Below are positions 40,248-49,230 of a DNA stretch of 64,000 nt, piece by piece. Location: the NCBI GenBank assembly GCA_036170915.1, contig JAVHQC010000015.1, positions 64,001-128,000 on the forward strand, in the 5' to 3' direction. Position numbers and translations under genes: made by a program. The stretch's first letter is position 1, and each line of letters starts with the position of its first letter. The stretch comes from Cyanobacteria bacterium auto_48_18. GTDB taxonomy: Bacteria > Cyanobacteriota > Vampirovibrionia > Obscuribacterales > Obscuribacteraceae. The notes under the pieces were generated by a model. The model did no database searches. It worked only from the letters and a program-made list of their open reading frames with translations, and was not told the origin of the DNA.

Positions 40248-40949
40248 TCAATTTTCACTTCTTTTTACTGTATCAGGCACCAAAAACAAACCATATCCGA
40301 CGCCGTGTACATTGCGAACTACTGAAGGTTGTCCTGGTAGATCGAGCTTTTGTCTTAAACGTTTGATGCAGGTGGTCAGAGCCTCAGCTGTGGCTTCAGA
40401 GTCACTCGACCAAACGCGCAGAAGCAGTTCGTCGGTGACAAATAACCTTTTCGGATTGCGCATCATAAATTGCAGCAGAGCAAATTCTTTTGGCAGCAAG
40501 CGAACTTCTTCGCCGTTGCGTTTGACCACAAAATTATCAGGATCGAGTTCGATGTCGCCATGTTTAAGAATGGTCGGTAGCATGGCTTGTGGACGACGCA
40601 GCAGAGCTTTTACTCGAGCTGATAATTCTTTGCCATGAAAAGGCTTGGTGAGAAAATCATCAGCGCCGGTTTCGAAGCCTTCCAACTTGTCTTCCATGGC
40701 TCGTTTGCCTGTTAAGATCAGCACCGGTGTCATGGCACCCTGAGCACGAAACGAGCGCAAAATGTCCATACCAGAGACGCCGGGCAGACCCAAATCGAGA
40801 ATGACCAATTCATATTCGAAGATTTGTAGGCGCTCGAGGCCTTCGTTGCCGGTTGGCACCACTTCTACCGTGTGGTGATCGAAAGAAAGCCATTCTTCTA
40901 TCACGGCGGCAAATTCAGCATCGTCTTCAACTACTAAAATTTTGGCCAT
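40248..40949 (-). CDS. OmpR-family response regulator
   Basis: ILVVEDD, ILDLGLP, GADDFLTKPF, winged helix ending VHGVGY. Confidence 0.95.
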   Translation of the reverse strand: MAKILVVEDDAEFAAVIEEWLSFDHHTVEVVPTGNEGLERLQIFEYELVILDLGLPGVSGMDILRSFRAQGAMTPVLILTGKRAMEDKLEGFETGADDFLTKPFHGKELSARVKALLRRPQAMLPTILKHGDIELDPDNFVVKRNGEEVRLLPKEFALLQFMMRNPKRLFVTDELLLRVWSSDSEATAEALTTCIKRLRQKLDLPGQPSVVRNVHGVGYGLFLVPDTVKRSEN

Positions 40950-40956
40950 TCAGGTC

Positions 40957-42093
40957 CTATTTGTCATTGGTGACTGTGGTGAGCCGCTGATATTGTTCCA
41001 CATTGCCAGGTAGTGAAAACCAAAATGTGCTGCCTAGCCCTGATTGAGAAACTACGCCGATTTTGCCGCCATTGAGTTCGACAATGCTTTTGCATATGGC
41101 CAGCCCTAAACCAGAGCCTGTACCTCTTGCTCCGTCTTCTCTGTTAACCTGCTTAAAACGTTCAAAAATTGAATTGATTTTTTCGGCTGGTATGCCACGG
41201 CCTTGATCAACAATTCCGAACAGCACATCATCACCACGCTGTTCGGCTTTGACAATTAATTGCTTGCCTGCTTCAGAAAATTTGATTGCATTAGAAAGCA
41301 AATTGACCATTGTTTGAATAATGCGCTCACGGTCTGCGTAGACACGCAAATCTTCTTTTATAGCTATAACCAGCTGTAGGTCTTTTTTACTTACCAGGGC
41401 TGCTACGGCGTCAAGGCTGTCTTCCACTAGACCAGAGACCGGTACAAGTTCGAGAAAGAGCTCAAGCTGTCCTGATTCTATTTTTTCTAAATCGAGCAGA
41501 TCGTTAACCATGTTCATCAGGCGTTTGATGCTCTCTGATGCGCGCCGCATGCCGCGCACCCCCGCCTCATTGAGCTCGCCGTAGTGACCGCTTTCCAGTA
41601 GTTCATGGGTCATCATTAGTGACGTCAGCGGGGTGCGCAAATCGTGGCTGACCATTGCCATAAATTCTTGCTTCATGCGCTCAATTTCATGCTTTTTCGT
41701 GACGTCTTCTACAAAAATAGCAAATAGCTGATCTGGCGGCGTGCCGAAAGGTCGCACCATCACCACTGCGGGAAACTCCGTGCCATCAAGCTTTTTGCCT
41801 GTGACTGCAATAGATTCGGATTCGCTAATACTTTCTTGCAGCGCCTTAGGCGTAAATAGTTCGCTCTGGGTAATAATAAAATCGCTAATTTTTTTGCCGC
41901 GATAATCTCCGTACTGTCCGCCAAAGGTAGTGAGACATTGCGGATTGGCAGCTTCGATCAAAGCGCCTTCAGTAATGAGAAAAAGACCCACAGGCATGGC
42001 ATCCACCAGAGTGCGAATGCGCTGAGAACTAAGTTCAATTCGCAACTCAAGTGAATTGACTTTCGCTTCTAATTGGTGATTTGAGCTACTCAT
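40957..42093 (-). CDS. Cytoplasmic PAS histidine kinase
   Basis: PAS, SHDLRTPL, NLLSNAIKF, DQGRGI, GSGLGL. Confidence 0.93.
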   Translation of the reverse strand: MSSSNHQLEAKVNSLELRIELSSQRIRTLVDAMPVGLFLITEGALIEAANPQCLTTFGGQYGDYRGKKISDFIITQSELFTPKALQESISESESIAVTGKKLDGTEFPAVVMVRPFGTPPDQLFAIFVEDVTKKHEIERMKQEFMAMVSHDLRTPLTSLMMTHELLESGHYGELNEAGVRGMRRASESIKRLMNMVNDLLDLEKIESGQLELFLELVPVSGLVEDSLDAVAALVSKKDLQLVIAIKEDLRVYADRERIIQTMVNLLSNAIKFSEAGKQLIVKAEQRGDDVLFGIVDQGRGIPAEKINSIFERFKQVNREDGARGTGSGLGLAICKSIVELNGGKIGVVSQSGLGSTFWFSLPGNVEQYQRLTTVTNDK

Positions 42094-42096
42094 AGC

Positions 42097-42141
42097 CCCC
42101 TACTTTAGCAGATTGATATGGTCTGTCTGCTAAAGTAGGGG
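42097..42141. repeat. Perfect 16-bp inverted repeat in divergent intergenic region
   Basis: CCCCTACTTTAGCAGA-N13-TCTGCTAAAGTAGGGG. Confidence 0.85.
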
Positions 42142-42165
42142 AACTGTTAGTTAAGGCTACTTCTC

Positions 42166-42966
42166 ATGATATCGCTTCGCCCAAGCTTGATGTTTTTAGC
42201 CGGTCTACTGGCCACGGTTATCGCTACTGCTTCGATTTGTATGGCTCAATCGACTAAGCAAATAACTAAGCAAATAACTAAACAAGCAATTAAGCAAGCA
42301 GCATTAATACCTGCCTTGAAGTTGACGCAGACTCATTTTTATTTCGGTGATACCGACACCATCGTCTCTATGCAGGGCGTGCGCATCAATAACCGTGGCC
42401 GTATGAAATTTGTTCTTGTGGCTAAAAGTCCTGATTGGGTTGTCTTTGTTTTTCGAGATGACGATCACACGTACATTAGTAAAAGCCTGCAAGCATTTCA
42501 AACCAGCGGTCTGGTCAGCAATTTGCTGGTCAAATCGCGTCAACAAGAAGTTAGTCTGGGAACAACTAAAGACGTTAAAGTTTATGGACTTACTGTCAAA
42601 CAGACAGATAATTCGTTAGATGAATTTGAATATTTGCCTCTGCAAAATTATGCCGCACCACAAGTAGAGCGAATAATTCGTGCTGCTTATAAGCTGCCTA
42701 CAAATGGCGGCATTCCCATTAGATATAAAAGAATTTCTCGCGGCAAGTCTGACAAGATAAGCCGCATTAATACAGTGGGCGATCTGAAAAGCTATATCGT
42801 AACTAAGAAGATTGAGCGCGTGATGGTGCCGGCAGAGTTGTTTGAAGTGCCGCATGGTTATGCTGTTCGCACTATAATGCAAGAAGTGCTGATGAGCAAA
42901 ATACATCGTGAAGCTTCTGGCGATATGGACGTCTGGTTCGATATCGGCAAACCACCAAAACCATAA
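42166..42966 (+). CDS. Secreted hypothetical protein, paralog of 13889..14920
   Basis: Signal peptide, TKQI repeats, LTQ..FGD, SPDW, FEVPHGY. Confidence 0.65.
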   Translation: MISLRPSLMFLAGLLATVIATASICMAQSTKQITKQITKQAIKQAALIPALKLTQTHFYFGDTDTIVSMQGVRINNRGRMKFVLVAKSPDWVVFVFRDDDHTYISKSLQAFQTSGLVSNLLVKSRQQEVSLGTTKDVKVYGLTVKQTDNSLDEFEYLPLQNYAAPQVERIIRAAYKLPTNGGIPIRYKRISRGKSDKISRINTVGDLKSYIVTKKIERVMVPAELFEVPHGYAVRTIMQEVLMSKIHREASGDMDVWFDIGKPPKP

Positions 42967-43086
42967 CGCATATGTCCACTAGGGACGTATGCGCTGTCTA
43001 CCTGCTATGCTTTCGCGCCTGTGGATGAGCTAGCTGAGTTTAAGGGCTGGGCTCTGGCAGGGTCAGTTGAATGAGGCCGAGAGGCA

Positions 43087-44454
43087 GTGTCAGGAGTAAT
43101 GATGCAAAGTACTAAAACCAGAAAACCATCCGTTACCGCAGAAGAAGCTTATGTGATTGCCAGAGAGGCTTATAGCTTCTTCTATCCGTTAATTAGCATG
43201 GATATCACCCGCAAGCAGTGCATCAACGTTGAAGCTGGTACCAAACCAGGCTTCGGGCCCATGAATCAGTTCAGCCACATGCGCGCTTATCCTGAGGCCG
43301 ATTTCAAAGTCGTGGTACGTCCTAACTTTGACACCCTTTACACCGTCGCCTGGCTTGATTTGACTGAAGAACCTGTGGTGGTATCAACACCTGACACGGC
43401 CGACCGTTATTATTTGCTGCCCATGCTTGATATGTACACAAATGTTTTTGCTTCGCCAGGGTGGCGCACCAGCGGCACTAGCGCAACAAATTATGTAGTT
43501 GCCCCGGCATCATACAAAGGCCAGTTGCCAGAGAATACCGAGCTGATTACCGCACCGACAGCATATGTCTGGGTTATTGGTCGCATTCAAACTAACGGCC
43601 CAGCAGATTATGCTGCAGTGCATAAAGTGCAAGACGGATTTACAGTGACACCACTTTCGCAGTGGGGCAAAGAAACTGCCGCTGTGACAGCCAAGCTTGA
43701 CAGCACCGTTGATATGAAAACACCACCGCTTGAGCAAGTAAATGCGATGGATGCTGCCACATACTTTGCCTACGCTGCAAAATTAATGAAATTGCACGCG
43801 CCACAAGTGACTGATTGGTCAATGCTGGCTCGCCTGCAGCGCATTGGTTTTACATCAGAAAACGGTTTTGATCTGAGTCAACTCGACACTGAAATAAAAG
43901 CAGCGCTCGATCGCGGTACCAAAGACGAATTGCAAACAATGGTTAAATTGTTGCCTTCCCTTGGGCGTCCGGTCAACGGCTGGAGCATGAATACAGATAC
44001 CATGGGAGTGTACGGTAACTACTACCTGAAGCGTGCCATCGTCAGTATGGTCGGTCTTGGTGCAAATCAGCCTGAAGACGCTGTTTATCCAATCAATTTT
44101 AACGATGCTGATGCCAAACCTGTTGACGGGAGTAACAAATATATTTTGCACTTCAGTAAAGAAGAGTTGCCTCCGGTCAATGCCTTCTGGTCTGTGACCA
44201 TGTACGACAAAGACGGATTCCAGGCTGCTAACAGCCTAAATCGTTTTGCCATCAGTTCTTGGATGCCACTTAAATATAATGGTGATGGTTCCCTTGATTT
44301 ATATTTACAGAATGAAAATCCTGGCGCAGACAAAGAAGCAAACTGGCTTCCTGCGCCGAAATGTCAGCTTGGTATCACTATGAGGTTGTACGCACCGAAA
44401 ACTTCTGTTTTGACTGGCGAGTGGAATCCACCAGCAATTCGACGGGTCAAATAG
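43087..44454 (+). CDS. DUF1254/DUF1214 domain protein
   Basis: VVRPNFDTLY..WLDL..EP, PPVNAFWSVTMYD, NWLPAP, MRLYAP. Confidence 0.88.
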   Translation: MSGVMMQSTKTRKPSVTAEEAYVIAREAYSFFYPLISMDITRKQCINVEAGTKPGFGPMNQFSHMRAYPEADFKVVVRPNFDTLYTVAWLDLTEEPVVVSTPDTADRYYLLPMLDMYTNVFASPGWRTSGTSATNYVVAPASYKGQLPENTELITAPTAYVWVIGRIQTNGPADYAAVHKVQDGFTVTPLSQWGKETAAVTAKLDSTVDMKTPPLEQVNAMDAATYFAYAAKLMKLHAPQVTDWSMLARLQRIGFTSENGFDLSQLDTEIKAALDRGTKDELQTMVKLLPSLGRPVNGWSMNTDTMGVYGNYYLKRAIVSMVGLGANQPEDAVYPINFNDADAKPVDGSNKYILHFSKEELPPVNAFWSVTMYDKDGFQAANSLNRFAISSWMPLKYNGDGSLDLYLQNENPGADKEANWLPAPKCQLGITMRLYAPKTSVLTGEWNPPAIRRVK

Positions 44455-44474
44455 TCTCTTGAGGAAATAGCAAA

Positions 44475-45575
44475 ATGCAGAAGCGGTTCGTCTTTGTTTT
44501 AACAGCCTTTTCAATTTCGATTGGTGCCTCGGTCTTCCTAGCTCAAGCTTCGCCTGCACAGTTATTGCAACGTCTGCAAGAACGCCGCGAAGCCATGCAA
44601 GTAAAAGAACAGCAAAATCAAAACCAGGGCCAACCCGCTTCTGCTGCTCCTCAGGCGCAGTCAAATAGTTCAGACGTGTCTATGGTGACATTACAGGTTC
44701 AACATGGTGCTTCCGGACAGCAAATGGTTGTCACTCCTAAGGGGATGGTAGTGCCGCTTCCTGGACCGGGTGTTTCAGGAAAGGTCGTGCACATTTATAT
44801 CGGTGCTGGCGGCGGATACTGGTATGTGGATCGCAATAACAAACAAGTTGATTTGACTGCTGCTGTACAAACGTTGCAGTCTGGCCCTGCGCCGCAGCAA
44901 ATGGCATCAGTTCCTCAGTATGCTCCGCCTCCGCAAGGTTATGCCCAGACTGCTTCCGGAGCTGGTGCTGTCACAACCGCAGCAGCTGCCGGTCTTGGTG
45001 CCATGGCAGGTTCGGCTATGGCTTCTACCTGGGACACCGTACCTTACGGCGCGCCAATTCGTTATGGTGTCGGAGCGGTGCCTTATTACAATCACAACGG
45101 CAGCCCGGTTTACATTAACGCCTCGACCAACACCGCGGCATACGCCAATGTTAATAGCACTCATGTAGCAGCCATTAATGAGCAACAAAATTGGTACGCG
45201 CAGCAGCAGGTAGCAAAAGGTGCTAACTGGAGAACGTGGCAACAGCCCACTGCTAACCCATTCGTCAACACGGCGTATCATCAACCAGACGCCGCTTATG
45301 GTGCCGCAGCAGCTCACTATGGAGTGGAGCAAGGGCAGCAAGACGCCAGATATGGTGCAGCCGCTGGAGCTACAGCAGCCCACTATGGAGCGGAGCAAGG
45401 GCAGCAAGATGCAAGGCGTGGTGCCGCCGCTGGTGCTACAGCAGCCCACTACGGATCGGAGCAAGGGCAGGAAGAGGCAAGGCGTGGTGCCGCCGCTGGA
45501 GCTACAGCAGCCCGCAACGGTGGCTTTAACGGTGATGAACGCCGTGCGGGCCGCACTGCTGGTCGGCGGCGCTAG
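44475..45575 (+). CDS. Secreted Ala/Gly/Gln-rich hypothetical protein with C-terminal repeats
   Basis: GAGG RBS, signal peptide, 22-aa repeats. Confidence 0.7.
   Translation: MQKRFVFVLTAFSISIGASVFLAQASPAQLLQRLQERREAMQVKEQQNQNQGQPASAAPQAQSNSSDVSMVTLQVQHGASGQQMVVTPKGMVVPLPGPGVSGKVVHIYIGAGGGYWYVDRNNKQVDLTAAVQTLQSGPAPQQMASVPQYAPPPQGYAQTASGAGAVTTAAAAGLGAMAGSAMASTWDTVPYGAPIRYGVGAVPYYNHNGSPVYINASTNTAAYANVNSTHVAAINEQQNWYAQQQVAKGANWRTWQQPTANPFVNTAYHQPDAAYGAAAAHYGVEQGQQDARYGAAAGATAAHYGAEQGQQDARRGAAAGATAAHYGSEQGQEEARRGAAAGATAARNGGFNGDERRAGRTAGRRR
45315..45512 (+). repeat. 66-bp coding tandem repeat x3 (HYGxEQGQxxARxGAAAGATAA)
   Basis: Units start at 45315, 45381, 45447. Confidence 0.9.
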
Positions 45576-45586
45576 ATTGTCGAAAT

Positions 45587-46123
45587 ATGAACAGCGAAAA
45601 AAATCACACTGGGCCGAGCGAAAACAAGTTGACGAAAAAAGAACGTCTTGTGGAAGAGCTCAAGATGGTTGGTCTGACCATGGGCTATTTGGCTGTGAGC
45701 TTGTCGATTTTGGAGACATATAAGTCGTTTATTTTGCTGCAGCAGGGCATTAATGAGTTTCAGCATAATTATCTTTTTGCACTGGTAGAGGCGGTTTTGC
45801 TGGGCAAAATTGTAGCGCTGACTCAGAATCTGCCCTTTCTCAAAATTTGCAATAACCGCTCGCTAGCCACAGCGGTTTTCTATCAGGCGGCAGTGATGAC
45901 GGTGATCACAGATCTGGGTGGCAAGCTCGAAGATTTATTGTTTCCGCATTCGGCAAAATGGGTGCAGGAAACCGGTGACCCATTTGCTCTGTGGGCTACC
46001 CATCAGATGGCTGCCATGGCTATTTTCATTGTTTTGTTTGCCGTGCGAGAAATAGATCGAGCTATGGGGCCAGGTAAATTGTGGCAACTGATCTTTAGCC
46101 CAGTGCAAGCTTCTAAATTCTAG
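45587..46123 (+). CDS. Hypothetical membrane protein
   Basis: About four hydrophobic segments. Confidence 0.65.
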   Translation: MNSEKNHTGPSENKLTKKERLVEELKMVGLTMGYLAVSLSILETYKSFILLQQGINEFQHNYLFALVEAVLLGKIVALTQNLPFLKICNNRSLATAVFYQAAVMTVITDLGGKLEDLLFPHSAKWVQETGDPFALWATHQMAAMAIFIVLFAVREIDRAMGPGKLWQLIFSPVQASKF

Positions 46124-46132
46124 AATCTAAAC

Positions 46133-47236
46133 TTACAGGGGCCTAATCAGGCGAGTGCGAGCCACTCCCACATAACTGTCGGCGCTACCGTAGTAAACAA
46201 GATAGCTGTCTTTGATTACTTTGCCGTCTTTTCGCTCAGGCACTATGCCCTCTACAAAAACTACATTGGGCACTTGATGCACGGTGTTAGAAGCATTTTT
46301 CTTTTCCCAACTCAGTTCGGGAGAAAAAATGGGTTCGCTGCAGCGTGCCAGTAATTTAGTCGGATCGTTTTTATCAAACAGCGCCCAGCCGGTTTTATAT
46401 GTAAGCGAATCGTCGCCGCCATTATACAAAAGCAAAATGCCATCATCGGTGATAATAGGATGAGGGCCAGGTTCTACCACTCTAGAATCGAACATCCCCG
46501 GCCTTCTTGGTAGCACCGGCTCGTCGGTTTTGTCTTGCCAGAAAATCCCTTCCGGAGACGAGGCCACGCCCATTTGATCAGCACCAGATTTGGCGTCACC
46601 CATGTAGTAGACATAATATTCTTTGTTGATTTTCAGTGGTCGTGCCTTCGCATCCACTACGATAGCGCCTGATTTGGTCCAGTGAATATTCCACTTGCCT
46701 TGATTGGCCGGCATGATTACGCTTTTACGCTGCCATTGCCGCAGGTTTTTGCCGCTAGAGACATAGCTGACTAGTTGCGCCGCGTCGCTGGCTTTACTGT
46801 AGACGGTGGCTGTGGCCAGCCAGTTTTTACCGCCGAAGTCTCGCGTTAACCGGGCGTCTTCCACTCCGTCGCTGTCATCTCTTGAATTCTGATTGGTCGA
46901 TAATTGAGGAGCAATGACAGGTTGATCATCTGCTGTGAAGTTTATGCCGTCTTCGCTTTCAGCGTAGCCGATGCGGGATATGCCTTTTTCGTCTTGCCCA
47001 CGATAAAGTAAAACGGTGTGACCATTGGCAAGCAAAGTTGCAGCAGGGTTAAACGCCCCGGCACTGTCAAATTTTCCTGGTCGAGGAGAGAGTATTGGCT
47101 CTTTTGACAGACGTTCGAACTTAGAGAACGTGATGCAGGTAGGTGCATCACCTTTCTTCGTTTCACTTTCAGGCGTAGTGGTGGCGCCAGCGGTGCAAAA
47201 CAATAAGGCGGCTGCTATTGAAAAGAGACGCTTCAT
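46133..47236 (-). CDS. GH130-family glycosidase/phosphorylase with signal peptide
   Basis: AFNPAA, LLYRGQD, GVEDARL, WTKSG, VEPGP, PNVVFVEG, YYGSADS. Confidence 0.85.
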   Translation of the reverse strand: MKRLFSIAAALLFCTAGATTTPESETKKGDAPTCITFSKFERLSKEPILSPRPGKFDSAGAFNPAATLLANGHTVLLYRGQDEKGISRIGYAESEDGINFTADDQPVIAPQLSTNQNSRDDSDGVEDARLTRDFGGKNWLATATVYSKASDAAQLVSYVSSGKNLRQWQRKSVIMPANQGKWNIHWTKSGAIVVDAKARPLKINKEYYVYYMGDAKSGADQMGVASSPEGIFWQDKTDEPVLPRRPGMFDSRVVEPGPHPIITDDGILLLYNGGDDSLTYKTGWALFDKNDPTKLLARCSEPIFSPELSWEKKNASNTVHQVPNVVFVEGIVPERKDGKVIKDSYLVYYGSADSYVGVARTRLIRPL

Positions 47237-47242
47237 CAGGCT

Positions 47243-47782
47243 CTATAGACCAAGCAAGCTTTTAACATGCTTTTTAGCCGCATCAAGGTGACGACCTTCA
47301 TAGCCCCAGCGTTCAAAGAAATCGAACCACATGGCGTGAGAGTCGTGTTTAGCTTTAGGGTCTAATTGAAATTTGTGAATTGCTGCCAGTACTTCTTCGA
47401 CTTTTGCGTTGAGCTTAGCGTCGTTCAGTGCTTTAGCCAGCTCTAAGCAGCGCGTCGTCACTTGCTCTGAGCTGACACGCATCTCGTCTTTGCCATTTTC
47501 TTCATGTGTAAGAGTAGCGCTGGCCGACATAATTATATTTTTTACTAGTAAATCGTAAGCCACTTCTTGATGCTGTTTTAAGCCGTCCAGCAGGCCGGCA
47601 TAGGCGTCTTTGCTGAGGGTGACGCTGCTTGTGCCCAGTGCGGCCATGAAACCTCGTGCTGACACTTCATTGTCGAAGAGCGCCGAAACTTTCTCTGCAA
47701 TTTCAGATCTGCCCATGGTGCCTTCTTCGATTGAGGCTATTAGTTTCATCGAATCTGAAATTGCTTGTTGAATGGTTTGCAT
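47243..47782 (-). CDS. Conserved hypothetical protein
   Basis: ARGF, LLVKNIIMSAS..H, FFERWGY motifs resemble a hypothetical family I associate with cyanobacteria. Confidence 0.65.
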   Translation of the reverse strand: MQTIQQAISDSMKLIASIEEGTMGRSEIAEKVSALFDNEVSARGFMAALGTSSVTLSKDAYAGLLDGLKQHQEVAYDLLVKNIIMSASATLTHEENGKDEMRVSSEQVTTRCLELAKALNDAKLNAKVEEVLAAIHKFQLDPKAKHDSHAMWFDFFERWGYEGRHLDAAKKHVKSLLGL

Positions 47783-47805
47783 GGTGCCTCTTGAATGACT
47801 AATTG

Positions 47806-48522
47806 CTATTTTAAAACCGGCATGGGCATCTCAATGGTCTGACCGTCTTCTTCCACCAGCACACTCTCGTCTTTAACCGCAGACAATTTCATACCATCAA
47901 ATTCTTGCCCAACTGCCAGGGTAAAAGTTTTTGGCCAGTGGTGTCTGCGTCGCAGCAGGCTATCTTTGATGTTAAAAATCGCTCTATCGCCTAGAATTCC
48001 TACCAATTGCAGGCGAGGGTGAAGACCAGCTTTTTCCGGAGGCATTGGCAGTTCGCCAATATTTAGCCCTGAATTAAGTTGGCCGGGTAGCGGAGAGTCA
48101 CCAAATGGGTTGCTCCCGGTTGGTGGCGGTGGCGGTATCATACTTCTTTCTGATATTGCAGCAGGACCATTTGTGTGGGTGGTCTTAATCTCGCTGCGGA
48201 CAGGTACGAGTGGGCTGAAGGGGTCGTTCTGACCGGTTGTGGTGCGGGCCTGAATGCGGGCCGCATCAAGTGAAGTGGCATGATTATCCATTGCTTGTGA
48301 CGGTTCAGCCACTGCTGACGGCGTCGCACTAACTGTGGTGACAGTGGTGCTAGTGATTTTTGATTGCACTAAGTGAGTTTTGCGCACGCCCGGTTGACTA
48401 AGTTCAGCCCGCGATTTTTGCGCCGGTGCACTGGTGTCTACTTGCGCTTGCGACGAATTCATCCAGGCATAAGTTGCCGAGATTAGTGCTGCGCCTATTA
48501 CAAGTATTACAGTCAGTCTCAT
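47806..48522 (-). CDS. PilP-like / type IV pilus accessory protein
   Basis: N-terminal TM, NDPFSPL, Pro-rich linker, LQLVGILGDRAI beta domain; directly after pilO. Confidence 0.55.
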   Translation of the reverse strand: MRLTVILVIGAALISATYAWMNSSQAQVDTSAPAQKSRAELSQPGVRKTHLVQSKITSTTVTTVSATPSAVAEPSQAMDNHATSLDAARIQARTTTGQNDPFSPLVPVRSEIKTTHTNGPAAISERSMIPPPPPTGSNPFGDSPLPGQLNSGLNIGELPMPPEKAGLHPRLQLVGILGDRAIFNIKDSLLRRRHHWPKTFTLAVGQEFDGMKLSAVKDESVLVEEDGQTIEMPMPVLK

Positions 48523-48525
48523 GGC

Positions 48526-49230
48526 TCACTCTGGCAGATAATATACATTCAACAAAAATGACATTATCGGTCGATCTAGTTTTAGTTTTTGTGCCCGTTC
48601 TCCGGCGGCGGTTTTAGTGGCGCTATTGTCTGGGGCGGCGATGGCCACAGAAAGATCCTTGAGTGCAATCACTCTTTGATAAGACTCAAGATGTTTGACA
48701 AAGGCGATAATATTTTGATATTCACCGGTAACGAAAAGACGTTTGCTTATTTGTTTGAGCCCCAGCGGATTAGGTGCTTCTGCCGCTTTTGCAGTGGTGC
48801 CTGGGGTTGGGCGAAAGACCGGTAGCGGTTTAATTGCTGTTGCTGTTTTGCCACCACTTAGCATCATGTCTTCTAAATCATTGCTCTCGGTGGCGCCATT
48901 TTCTTTAGCTGGTTGTTCCAGCGCTAAAATTTGGACATTGCTTACTCTAGCCATACGTTCAAGGTCAAGCATAAGCAAATCAAGATAGGGTGCTTTAGGC
49001 ACCGCATTGCGCAATGAATTGATATCGCTTTCCAGACCGCGTTTGAGATTGCCTAACCGATCTCTTTCAGCCATTTTTGCAACGATAGTTTGGTATTCTT
49101 TTTTCTTGGTGGTGAGCTCTGTCTGCTCCCTTTCGGCATCAAGATAAGCTGGATATGTCAGTGCTCCTAAAACCGTCAAACTAAGTGCCAGTGAGCCAAG
49201 TACCATAGTATTGCGCTGAAAACGAGTCAT
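48526..49230 (-). CDS. pilO: Type IV pilus alignment protein PilO
   Basis: TM, coiled coil, AVP..LDLLMLDL, TGEYQNIIAFVKHLESYQRVI. Confidence 0.8.
   Translation of the reverse strand: MTRFQRNTMVLGSLALSLTVLGALTYPAYLDAEREQTELTTKKKEYQTIVAKMAERDRLGNLKRGLESDINSLRNAVPKAPYLDLLMLDLERMARVSNVQILALEQPAKENGATESNDLEDMMLSGGKTATAIKPLPVFRPTPGTTAKAAEAPNPLGLKQISKRLFVTGEYQNIIAFVKHLESYQRVIALKDLSVAIAAPDNSATKTAAGERAQKLKLDRPIMSFLLNVYYLPE

Noticed and set aside
42967..42993. Hairpin CGCATATGTCC-N5-GGACGTATGCG after the secreted protein gene
   Set aside because: No U-tract; cannot be supported as an intrinsic terminator
45315..45512. 66-bp periodic repeats as a CRISPR array
   Set aside because: No unique spacers, in-frame coding repeats with synonymous variation, no cas genes
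37063..46123. Accessory stretch as a mobile element or genomic island
   Set aside because: No integrase, transposase, att sites or flanking direct repeats seen
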